DNA from: Tubulanus polymorphus
Taxonomy: Eukaryota; Animalia; Nemertea
Direction: 5' to 3'
Assembly: GCF_964204645.1 (NCBI RefSeq)
Contig: NC_134028.1
Location: forward strand, 15,259,653 to 15,323,652
Length of the DNA stretch: 64,000 nucleotides
A program made the position numbers and the translations under genes. Below the pieces are notes generated by a model. The model searched no databases. It saw nothing but the letters and a program-made list of their open reading frames with translations, and had not been told where the DNA came from. Shown piece after piece: positions 27,151-36,610 of the stretch. Position 1 is the stretch's first letter; each line of letters starts with the position of its first letter.

Positions 27151-27741
27151 TTAAATGGGTGTTGTAATAAATAGTAATTTTGATCTTTTAATATTTTTCA
27201 ACTCATCCATATATTCATTATGTAAATCATGTGGAATAATATCATTTTCCTCAAGTGCATTTTTCATCGATTTTCTATCTTTATTGTAGAATAAAACTAG
27301 AAATCTAATGTTTTCTCTAAAGTCTTTAACAATTGAATTATATTTTTGATTTAAAACCCAAGTTGTTATCCCAAAATGTCTCCCAGAGAAAGCTAAATAG
27401 CATAATTCACTTTCTCTAACTTTTGAATCATGTAAATTTGCACAATCATCTATGATAAATAATGTATTTGATCCTTTATAAATATCAATTGCTATTTTTA
27501 TACAATTATCTAAATTTTCTTTTACTGTTTTAGGATCTAATATAATAAATTTATTATTTCTAGTAATATTTCTATCATAAGTTTGATTAAATTCATATGT
27601 TGGACAAAATAATACTATATTATCAAAATAGTTTTTGTAAATAGTTTCTAATAAATTTAATATAAAATAAGTTTTTCCACAATTTGTTACACCAGAAATT
27701 AACATATTATGAGGCTCAAATATGAATAATTCCTTATTCAT
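27151..27741 (-). CDS. A32/FtsK-like genome packaging ATPase
   Basis: Walker A ISGVTNCGKT, Walker B LFIIDDC, and A32-type GRHFGITTWVLNQKY...REN. Confidence 0.92.
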   Translation of the reverse strand: MNKELFIFEPHNMLISGVTNCGKTYFILNLLETIYKNYFDNIVLFCPTYEFNQTYDRNITRNNKFIILDPKTVKENLDNCIKIAIDIYKGSNTLFIIDDCANLHDSKVRESELCYLAFSGRHFGITTWVLNQKYNSIVKDFRENIRFLVLFYNKDRKSMKNALEENDIIPHDLHNEYMDELKNIKRSKLLFITTPI

Positions 27742-28869
27742 TTATATATTTTTAATTTTACTTGATAATATCCATTCATTAAATTTATCTGGCCATCCAA
27801 CCCATTTTACTAAAGAATATTTTTTTCTTTTAATAGTTTTTGTTTTTAATACTTTTTCAATTTTATATTCTTGTTCTAGATTTTCAGTAGTTAAACTTAA
27901 TTCTTCTTCGTAAAAGTAACCATCAACTTCTTCACCATCTAAATCTTCTAATTTATAGACATATGGTTTTGTTGTTATTACCTTTTTTATTTTATATATT
28001 TCCCTAGTAAAATTTCGATCGTATCCTTTGTCAAATATCTTTTTATACTTAGATATTCTAACATTTTGACCAACTTTAAATTTAGGTTCACCAAAATCAT
28101 CTACAAGAAATGCTCCATATAAATTATTCCAAACAATTTCAGCATTTTCAGGTTTTCTAGCATCAATAGGTTTCATTCCAATAGAAGAATGATAAGAATT
28201 ATTATATCCTTCTATCAATTTTGGTAAAACATCAATCCATTTAAAAGTATTATTTGCTGTAAAATATTTCCACATTCTTGTTCTTAATGTTCTATTAAAT
28301 CGTTCAACAACTGCTGCTTTTTTATCTGATTTTGTTGAAAAATATTTAATATTATGATTATCTAAGAGTTCATGAACAAGTGAATTATCAAATTCTTTTC
28401 CATCATCAAATTGTATTTTTTCTGGTTTTAGTTTATCATCCGAAAGAAATTTTCTTAAAACATTTGATGTTTGTACAGCATCTTTTCTATAAAGTGGGAA
28501 GCTCCATACATAACGACTAAAAATATCAATTATATTCAATAACCACCAATAATCATCATTATCTTTCTTAACATTTTTCATATCAATTAAATCTCCTTGC
28601 CACTGTTGATCTACATAACTTACCATAGTTTTACGAGTTTTATATTTTCTAACAATTTTTTTATGTGTTGTATATGTTGGTTGTTCTAACATAAATTCAT
28701 TTATATCTTTATATTTAACTAAATTTTGTGGGATTATCTTATCTAATTTATCTTGTTTTACTTTACGCCATATATTTTTAGTAGAAGAATAAGCAACCGA
28801 ACTCTCAGGGTTGTAATATAAATTTCTTAAATATTGTTCTTTAGTATTAGGAGTTTTTTTACCACTCAT
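27742..28869 (-). CDS. Retroviral-like (RVE) integrase with C-terminal chromodomain
   Basis: DDE triad in WQGDLIDM / QFDDGKEF / VVERFNRTL. C-terminal YKIEKVL...LVKWVGWPDKFNEWI chromodomain. Confidence 0.95.
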   Translation of the reverse strand: MSGKKTPNTKEQYLRNLYYNPESSVAYSSTKNIWRKVKQDKLDKIIPQNLVKYKDINEFMLEQPTYTTHKKIVRKYKTRKTMVSYVDQQWQGDLIDMKNVKKDNDDYWWLLNIIDIFSRYVWSFPLYRKDAVQTSNVLRKFLSDDKLKPEKIQFDDGKEFDNSLVHELLDNHNIKYFSTKSDKKAAVVERFNRTLRTRMWKYFTANNTFKWIDVLPKLIEGYNNSYHSSIGMKPIDARKPENAEIVWNNLYGAFLVDDFGEPKFKVGQNVRISKYKKIFDKGYDRNFTREIYKIKKVITTKPYVYKLEDLDGEEVDGYFYEEELSLTTENLEQEYKIEKVLKTKTIKRKKYSLVKWVGWPDKFNEWILSSKIKNI

Positions 28870-28899
28870 TTATATATCCTTAATTTTAACTTTATATTT

Positions 28900-30147
28900 C
28901 TAATATTGAATACTATCTAATTGTGAATTTACAATATTTAATTGTGCGTCAGATATAATATAAATGTGCATTTTAAAATTTTTGATTCCTTTATTCTTTT
29001 TCATGAATAATTGTATTCCATCTTTAGTGTTCTGTAGTTTTTTTCCAGAACCATGTAATGAATTATCTTCTGTTGTTCTAAAATCTAACCATAATGCATA
29101 TTTATTACCGGTATAATAATCAATTTGATTAATATTACAATTTTCAAATGATTTTACTTTTTCATTCATAAAATGTTTTCTAATTTCTGGCCATTGATCA
29201 ATCATTCTCATTCCTTGACAAAATATTTTATTCGCTATTCCTTCAATTGTTATTTCTACTTTTGTTATTTCAGGATTATAATAATTATCAACATTTATTG
29301 CACCATTAGAATATGTTGCAATAGTAAAAAATATTAATATACCTTTAATAGATCTTCTTGGGAAAATAATATTCTCATTAATTATTTCATCATTTGCATT
29401 GATAGTTACAGTTTTAAATTTATCAATATAATCATATAATAATGAAAATCCTTGATTGTATTGAGTTTGAATTGTGCTAGCAATATTTTCATTAGTTACT
29501 GTGTTATATTCTAAACATATATTCGATAATTTATAACCCATATCTTTAACAACGCTAGATAATACAATTTAATTTACAGGAGCAAATGTTATCTCAAATA
29601 TAATATCTTCTTGAATTGCGTATTTATATAAAGGTGCATTATTATTTATCAATTCAAAGTCTAATGGAATTTTATATTTGCTTCCATAAATCTTTTTAAT
29701 CAAATTATCTACACCATTATTTACTACTGCGTTATTGGCTTCAGATCTTAATTTATTTTGGTTTTCTGATTGAATTCCTTGAAATATCATATTATTTCTA
29801 TTTTCTTTAGTTAACCATAAATCTTTATAATGTGAAAATAAATTATAATCATCTAATGAGAAAACTGTTTCTGGACCAATCTTTATTGTTAACTTTTTAA
29901 TCAAATATCTTCCAACATTATCAACAACATAATTATTATTATTACCGATTACTTTTATATCGGCTGATAAATAAATACTGTTTGGAACATAAAAAGTATT
30001 TTGTGTTAATTGAGGGATTCTAACGTATAAAGTTTCATCGGGATTAATATTTGAAGGGTTATGAGTAATTATATGATGTGATCTTTCTGCTTTAATAGCA
30101 TTAGATATTCTATGATTCTTCGAAGGACTTATATAACTCCCACTCAT
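28900..30147 (-). pseudogene. Major capsid protein (double jelly-roll) with one in-frame stop
   Basis: The 192-aa and 213-aa ORFs are in the same frame, separated by TAA (29569-29571) and 9 sense codons. About 415 aa, beta-rich, with the size and position expected for a Polinton MCP. Confidence 0.75.
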
Positions 30148-30187
30148 TTATTTAACAAAAAAATTAATTATTTATTTTTTATCATGT

Positions 30188-31617
30188 TTACTTGATATTT
30201 TTTGATATCATATTCACTAACCCAAAAATAATAGCACTTACAACTGTAATTAAAAATAAAATAATATGTTCAGCAGCAAAGTTAATAATGTTTCAGATTT
30301 CAATATAAAACCAACAATTGAAGCAATAATTCCTGGCAATGCTGCAGCAGATTTTTTAGATAGTTCCCATAAATATTTTGCTAATTTTTTTAAAAAACCA
30401 TCCTTAACTTTATCTTGTATAGAATTATTTCCTGGAGGTTTATCTGGTTTATTTGGAGTAGATTTCAAAGCATTTGATATTGCTAAACCAATTGTTGTAA
30501 ATAACATAGTTACAGCTGTTAGAATTGAAAGAATTGTTATTCCTTCTAATTTAAATAATAACTTCATCCTGTCTTTTAATGATATTTCAGAATTTGGTTT
30601 AATCAACAAATCTTTAAAAATAACTTTTAATCTATTAATATTATAATCATATGATTTTAATAATAATTTAATTTCTTCTTTCTGTACTTCTAAATTATCT
30701 TTTAAATTACTAATTTCTTTTTCTAAACGTAATTCTTTTTGCCTATATTCTATTTCATCAATTACTTGATGATCTAAATCAGACTTTAATTGTTCTATTT
30801 CTTTATTTTTATCAGTTAATTCTTTTTCCAAATACATAATTTTTTGATCTCTTATACTTTTATTATGTGCAATTTTATCAGATGCAAGTCTTATACTAAT
30901 AATTTCTCTAATTGCTTTATCAGAAAATATATCTAAATCTTCTAATTCTTGATCTGTTGCATCAAATAATCCATTCGGTAAAAGTTTTTCAATTGGAACT
31001 TTATTTGATCTAAGTTTACTATTTTTGGAAGTTATATTCTGTTCAGAAGTTGTTTCTGTTTCTGATTTCTTTTTGATTATTTCAAATAATTCATTAATTC
31101 TTTGTTTAAATACATCTATATTATCATCTATTTCTTTTTGTGTAACATCAGTTATTTCATTACTATTACTTATTATTTTAATTCTATCTGGTTTTAATTT
31201 TTCTAAAGTTGATTCTGATAATATTTTATTTTTATTATTTTTATAAGTGATATCAATATAATAATCACCTTTCAAACGATAATAACATTTACCATTATCT
31301 AAAAATTTCAATTGATCTGCTAAAAGTCCAACGTCTTCATCATTTATGTTAAAATTAGATTTTTCAATTAAATCTTCTAATTTAGGTATTTTGTTTAAAT
31401 TATCTAAATCTTGTTTTACTAAATCTGGGTCTAAATTTTCAGGATTTAATTGTGATTCAGCATTTTTAATATAATCAGGCATATTCAAATTATTATTATA
31501 TTCTGGCTCATTACCATCATTAAAACTTGTTTCATCAAAATCAGGTGGTTGTTCATCAGTTATGTTAGGTTCATCAAAAGGATCCATTCCAATATCTTCT
31601 CCACCTTCTACATCCAT
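30188..31617 (-). CDS. Coiled-coil membrane protein (~475 aa, probable frameshift near 30290)
   Basis: Acidic N-terminus, long heptad region, hydrophobic GITILSILTAVTMLFTTIGLAI and AAALPGIIASIVGFIL. An alternative frame continues NIINFAAEHIILFLITVVSAIIFGLV to a stop at 30188. Confidence 0.7.
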
Positions 31618-31633
31618 TTATATAATAAAAAAA

Positions 31634-32962
31634 TTAAAATTTAAAATATAATATTCCTCCTATAACAATTCCTATACAAGTTATAGCTAATTTAGTATTT
31701 TCATGGAATTTATTATCATCATTTAGTTTAATTACATCATGTTGAATTTTATCGGTTTTAATATCACCATGTGGGTGCCGTACGGCATCATTTTCTGATG
31801 TATTGTAATCTTTTATTTTAGAATCATTATTTAATTTAATATTCTTAATTTTAGTTTCAGTTGATTGAATGTGTTTTTTATTTTTTTCACCTTCCATTAA
31901 TTTTGGAGCAGTAATAAACTTTTTATTTATATCATTTAATCCAAATGAATTATTTATTGTTGCAGTTTTAATTAGATTATTATAACCAATTATACTACCC
32001 ATTTTTAATATTAAATCATTAGAAATAATTAATAGATTAGGGCCTATACAATAATTAAGTCTTACATGAGATTTATCTAAATAATTTTGATATCTTATAA
32101 TGTTTTCTGGAATCGATCTATTTTTATCATTATGAATTGAATCTTCAAATAAAACTTTAAACTGTTTCTGCGCATCGAATGAAGTGTTATCATTTCCAAT
32201 TATTTGGGATCTTGTTTCAACTTGAGCGCCTAAAATACATATCAAATAAATTCTAATAGATTGATTTATTCTTTGTATACCTGATTTTGTAAAACCTTCA
32301 CCATTTTCTAAAATGAAATTAACCCAACCATTATTATTATCAATTTTATAATTATGATAAGCTCCAATTCTATGCATATAATCAATTCTTTTTATTTCAT
32401 ACTGTTCACCAACACCTTGCAATTTACCATGCGCTCTGAAATCGGAATTAATATTTATATTAAATTCATTACATATTTTATAAAACTTGGATATATTAAT
32501 ATTATTATCCAATTCTTTAAAATATTTAGACCCGGGTAAAGGACATTCTAATTCATTTAATATTATTCTGATTTGAAAATATGTGTGAAATCTAAATATT
32601 GTGTGAATTAATTTTAAATCAGAATACTTCAAATTTTTATCTAAGTTATTTAAATGATCATTCCAACTTATTTCACATCCTGTTGTTGCACAATAAACAG
32701 CAAAATTTAATTGATTCTGCCAATATTTCATATTAGATTTTACTTTATACATATGATATTCATCTCGAGTAAAAGTAACTTCATATGTATTAAATATATT
32801 TTCCATTTTAGAAATAAAAAACTGTGATTCAGTAACATAAATTTCTAAATTAGTTAATGAATTTAAAACTATATTTTTATATGTAATATTTTTCTTAAAA
32901 TCTATTGCCGGAATATTATATTTAATTGATTTATTATATTGGAAAGCTTTTGGAAACCCCAT
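31634..32962 (-). CDS. Polinton hypothetical protein with C-terminal membrane anchor (442 aa)
   Basis: Long ORF with TAAATG start and C-terminal LAITCIGIVIGGILYFKF. Confidence 0.8.
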   Translation of the reverse strand: MGFPKAFQYNKSIKYNIPAIDFKKNITYKNIVLNSLTNLEIYVTESQFFISKMENIFNTYEVTFTRDEYHMYKVKSNMKYWQNQLNFAVYCATTGCEISWNDHLNNLDKNLKYSDLKLIHTIFRFHTYFQIRIILNELECPLPGSKYFKELDNNINISKFYKICNEFNININSDFRAHGKLQGVGEQYEIKRIDYMHRIGAYHNYKIDNNNGWVNFILENGEGFTKSGIQRINQSIRIYLICILGAQVETRSQIIGNDNTSFDAQKQFKVLFEDSIHNDKNRSIPENIIRYQNYLDKSHVRLNYCIGPNLLIISNDLILKMGSIIGYNNLIKTATINNSFGLNDINKKFITAPKLMEGEKNKKHIQSTETKIKNIKLNNDSKIKDYNTSENDAVRHPHGDIKTDKIQHDVIKLNDDNKFHENTKLAITCIGIVIGGILYFKF

Positions 32963-32978
32963 TTATATAACTAAAAAA

Positions 32979-33413
32979 TTAATAATTTATTAATTCTTTT
33001 AATAATTTATCTTGTTCTTCAACTGTTATATGGCCATTTAAACTTATTATATAATCTAGTGTGTTCTTTAATTTATTAATTTCTTTTATATTAGTTTTAA
33101 TTTTTTCTTTATTACTTTTTATATTTAATTTTGAACTTATACCGGTTAAAACACTTGAACTTAATCCTAATACACCAATTGATATAGCTAAAGGTGTTAA
33201 TGGGCTGAATATTGCTAAAAATGTTATTACAGAACTAATCGTAACCGAACCACTTATAATCAAATAATATATAATTTTACTTTTTAAATATTTTTTCTTT
33301 TTTATCTTTAAGTCACTTTCAAATTCTAATATTTGTTTTTCTAAATATATTTTTAATTTAGTTTTATTTATATCATGAGGAATAATATCAATACTATCAA
33401 CTTTATCTTCCAT
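32979..33413 (-). CDS. Two-TM hairpin membrane protein (144 aa)
   Basis: TAAATG start. Central hydrophobic stretch flanked by basic coiled-coil segments. Confidence 0.78.
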   Translation of the reverse strand: MEDKVDSIDIIPHDINKTKLKIYLEKQILEFESDLKIKKKKYLKSKIIYYLIISGSVTISSVITFLAIFSPLTPLAISIGVLGLSSSVLTGISSKLNIKSNKEKIKTNIKEINKLKNTLDYIISLNGHITVEEQDKLLKELINY

Positions 33414-33432
33414 TTATTTAGAATAAAAATTA

Positions 33433-33855
33433 CTAATTAGTAAACTTATAAGCAACAAATATAACAATAACTGTTCCACCTAAAATCCATATTATTTCAT
33501 ATTTCTGTTGTTCTTTACTTGGGGTATAATAATCTGATAATTTAGGTTTGTATAGATGTAATTTTTCTTTATTTGTTACTGCGTTATATAAACTCATTGC
33601 ATCATCAACTGATTGAAAATCTCTATGTGAAATCTTCTGATCATATAATTCTTTATTGATGTAATCCATATAGTTTTGCCTCTTTTCTCTATATTCTTCT
33701 GCAGCTTTATTGTATTTCTCTAACGCTAAGTTATGTCTTCTTTGTTCTCCTAATGAACTATTTTTATCAATATGTTTAAATAAATAACCACCACCAGTAA
33801 ATGCTAAAGCGTTAACAATTGCTGATCCTATAATAGTTATAATTGCAGAAGCCAT
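33433..33855 (-). CDS. Membrane-associated protein (140 aa)
   Basis: TAAATG start, hydrophobic N-terminus MASAIITIIGSAIVNALAFTGG and C-terminal IIWILGGTVIVIFVAY. Confidence 0.8.
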   Translation of the reverse strand: MASAIITIIGSAIVNALAFTGGGYLFKHIDKNSSLGEQRRHNLALEKYNKAAEEYREKRQNYMDYINKELYDQKISHRDFQSVDDAMSLYNAVTNKEKLHLYKPKLSDYYTPSKEQQKYEIIWILGGTVIVIFVAYKFTN

Positions 33856-33880
33856 TTATTTAGCAAAAAAAATTATGCAT

Positions 33881-34096
33881 TTATATGGGAGGAATATATT
33901 TTTGTTTTTCTAAATAATCAATAGTTAAATTAGATAAAGTAACTGCTAATGTTAATTTTAGAATATCATTGATATCAAATCTATCAACATTTCCCATTTT
34001 GAATACTTTTTTTAATACCATTGAATAACCAACAGTTCCAACTGATAGTAATGCTCCATTATATAATCCAGTTATTATCCACTTATTATCACTCAT
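33881..34096 (-). CDS. Small hydrophobic protein (71 aa)
   Basis: TAAATG start. A related copy at 58354-58500 conserves the frame. Confidence 0.78.
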   Translation of the reverse strand: MSDNKWIITGLYNGALLSVGTVGYSMVLKKVFKMGNVDRFDINDILKLTLAVTLSNLTIDYLEKQKYIPPI

Positions 34097-34456
34097 TTAT
34101 TTATCAAAAAAATTACTATCATCAAAATATTTAGTTATCTTAGTGATTATTAATTCAACATTTATTTTATTACTAGTTTTATGATTATCATATATTTTGG
34201 ATAATATGTTTTTAATATCATCGATGATAAAATCTTCATCTAATTCATAAAATCTTAAAGATTCTCTAATTAAATTAGTAATCTTTTCTACATTTAAAGT
34301 TTCTTTATCAATTGTTGTTTCATACTCAAATGTTGTTTCATAAGAAAATGCAATATTTTTGATATGTGTAATTACATCATTAATATTAAATTTCATTTCT
34401 TTCTCACGTTTAAAATCAAACCCAAAACATATACTCGGTCCAACAGTTATATTCAT
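34097..34456 (-). CDS. Polinton hypothetical protein (119 aa)
   Basis: TAAATG start; its stop abuts the next ATG. Confidence 0.7.
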   Translation of the reverse strand: MNITVGPSICFGFDFKREKEMKFNINDVITHIKNIAFSYETTFEYETTIDKETLNVEKITNLIRESLRFYELDEDFIIDDIKNILSKIYDNHKTSNKINVELIITKITKYFDDSNFFDK

Positions 34457-34472
34457 TTATATAGGTGAAAAA

Positions 34473-35225
34473 TTACTCTTTACATCTTATAACTAATTCA
34501 TAAATTACAGGAAAGTTATTCAAATCAATTAAGTATCCATTATGATTTCTTATTTCTAATTTAAAATTATTAAATTGAGGAATACAAGGTTTGAAATCAC
34601 ATTCAGCTAAATTATAATTTATTTGCGTTCCAAATTCTTTAACATTCTTCAATGGTAAAATGTTTAGTAAACCAGAATTACAAGTTATATCTTTAGTTGC
34701 TTCGAATGTTTTTGTAGGATCAATTAAATTGCAATAAATATAAAAATGTGTAAAAGGCATTAAGTTTGATTTACCTTCTGCGTATGCTGTAACAATATCT
34801 GGGTTAATTCCTAACAGTTTACCTAAAGGTTTTCTTACTGTAAATTTAAATTGTTCGTCTAACCTAATCTTTATTTTATTAGAACTAGCACTTTTTAAAA
34901 TTCTAATATTAAATCCAGAATCACTTCCTAATTTAGCTCGAGCTTTTCTATTAATTTCTTGTGCTAATGTATTTAAATTATATAATCCTGGTTTTAAATA
35001 TATAAAAAACCATTTATTCCTTTTTTTATAAAAGATTGAAAAAATTAAATGTTCAAGACTTTTATCCGTTACATTGTAAAAAGAATTACATAAACTTATA
35101 TTTACTAATTTTAAATCAACGCAATTCTTAAATTCTCTATCTAATTGTACTAATAAATTATGAGATTTATAATTTGTAAGTTTTCTAGAATCAACAAATA
35201 TTCTGTATTCTTTTAATTCTACCAT
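34473..35225 (-). CDS. Minor capsid protein (penton, single jelly-roll)
   Basis: Pattern IFVDSR...NSFYNV...PGLYNL..L...IN...LLGI...YIYCNLI...KLEIRNHNGYLIDLN..PVIYELVI, typical of Polinton/NCLDV pentons. Confidence 0.8.
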   Translation of the reverse strand: MVELKEYRIFVDSRKLTNYKSHNLLVQLDREFKNCVDLKLVNISLCNSFYNVTDKSLEHLIFSIFYKKRNKWFFIYLKPGLYNLNTLAQEINRKARAKLGSDSGFNIRILKSASSNKIKIRLDEQFKFTVRKPLGKLLGINPDIVTAYAEGKSNLMPFTHFYIYCNLIDPTKTFEATKDITCNSGLLNILPLKNVKEFGTQINYNLAECDFKPCIPQFNNFKLEIRNHNGYLIDLNNFPVIYELVIRCKE

Positions 35226-35293
35226 TATTTATAACATAAAAAAATTACCGCTCATCACTAAAAATTAATTTTAATAAAATTTTTCCTTAATAA

Positions 35294-36610
35294 ATGGATG
35301 AGACGATAGCATGCGAAATTTGTGGTGAACTTCTAAGAAAAAGTAATATGGCTCGACATATGAAAAAACATGATGAAAATTATAAACCCCCTAAAATAAA
35401 CTGTCCAAATTGTAATAAAACATTCTCTAGAAATTATTTCAAAAAACATTCAGAGAAGTGTAAAAATAATAACTTAATAGTTAATGTTGACAGTAACGAA
35501 AGTAATAATAATTCTGTTGAAGTTGAACCTGAAATTATTTGGAAAAGACCTTTCTTATTCTATGATAAGGATAATATAAAAGATCATTTCTGTGAGCCTT
35601 GTCGAATAAAATATAACCCTGAAAATATAGAAGATTGGGAGAATCATCAATTTCGTAAAGTACATATAGATAAAATTTCTAATAAATTTGAAACTGAATT
35701 CAATGCAAGAAAAAATAATTTATTAGAAAAAATAAAATATGAGAAAACGTTACCAGATAATGAAGAAACAGTTGAAAAGTTAGAAAAACAATATAATGAA
35801 TTAACAAGAAAAACATATTATTGTAAATATTGTAAATTGATTATTACAACAAGTAATTCAAATCTACATAATAGAACAATAAAACATAAAGAAAACGTAA
35901 GAAAATACCAAGAGCTTAATGAAGATCTATTACCAGTAAATTATAAACAAAAATGCCCACAATGTATTTATGCGACCTTAAGGCAAGAAGGTACTGTGTT
36001 ATTTTGTGTTGATTGTGGATGGCAAAGGAATTTATGGGGTGAAGAAAAAACTAGAAATTTTCTTATAGAACCAAAATTAAATTATCTTGATGAAATTTTT
36101 AAAATATTTTCTATAGAAGATCATACACCAGAATATATGCAATGGCTTGAAAAAATGAAAATAATAGAAAATAAAAATGGTGAAATAACTAAAAAAGATA
36201 TTATAAAAACAATTATTCCACCAACATTTAACACAAAACAAAAGAAAATGTATTTATATTTATTATTTAACGATTATTATGAAAAACCTAAATTAACAGA
36301 AGAAGATATGGAAAATATAAAAAAAATATTTAAACAAATATTAATATATCATTTGGAAAATAGAATAACAGATTCAATAAATTATGAATTCTTTTTAAAT
36401 AAGATTGTAAATTATTTAAACCTAGATATTATAATTCCATTTGATGAATTAACAAACAAAAAGAAACAAAGAGTGCGAGATGAAATGTGGAACAAGATAG
36501 AAATTTATTTAAATGAGAAAAATGGAATGGAAGAAGAACCTGAACAATTAAATGAAAATGAAGAAGCTAATAGTGATTTCGAGTATGATGATATTGATTT
36601 TATGTTTTAA
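35294..36610 (+). CDS. Zinc-finger protein with C-terminal VLTF3-like (poxvirus A2 / NCLDV late transcription factor 3) domain
   Basis: Four N-terminal C2H2/C2HC fingers and a CPQC..CVDC ribbon, then PKLTEEDMENIKKIFKQI...SINYEFFLNKIVNYLNLD...LTNKKKQRVRDEMWNKI, matching the VLTF3 C-terminal pattern as I recall it. Confidence 0.72.
   Translation: MDETIACEICGELLRKSNMARHMKKHDENYKPPKINCPNCNKTFSRNYFKKHSEKCKNNNLIVNVDSNESNNNSVEVEPEIIWKRPFLFYDKDNIKDHFCEPCRIKYNPENIEDWENHQFRKVHIDKISNKFETEFNARKNNLLEKIKYEKTLPDNEETVEKLEKQYNELTRKTYYCKYCKLIITTSNSNLHNRTIKHKENVRKYQELNEDLLPVNYKQKCPQCIYATLRQEGTVLFCVDCGWQRNLWGEEKTRNFLIEPKLNYLDEIFKIFSIEDHTPEYMQWLEKMKIIENKNGEITKKDIIKTIIPPTFNTKQKKMYLYLLFNDYYEKPKLTEEDMENIKKIFKQILIYHLENRITDSINYEFFLNKIVNYLNLDIIIPFDELTNKKKQRVRDEMWNKIEIYLNEKNGMEEEPEQLNENEEANSDFEYDDIDFMF

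Noticed and set aside
29569-29571. Programmed readthrough or alternative genetic code in MCP, or programmed frameshifts in pPolB
   Set aside because: TAA terminates the other genes normally and no clear recoding signals are visible; mutation or sequencing error is simpler.
30266-31246. Plus-strand ORFs inside the Polinton (also 26102, 27722, 32354, 33061, 38916)
   Set aside because: Antisense shadows of real minus-strand genes, lacking the start motif.
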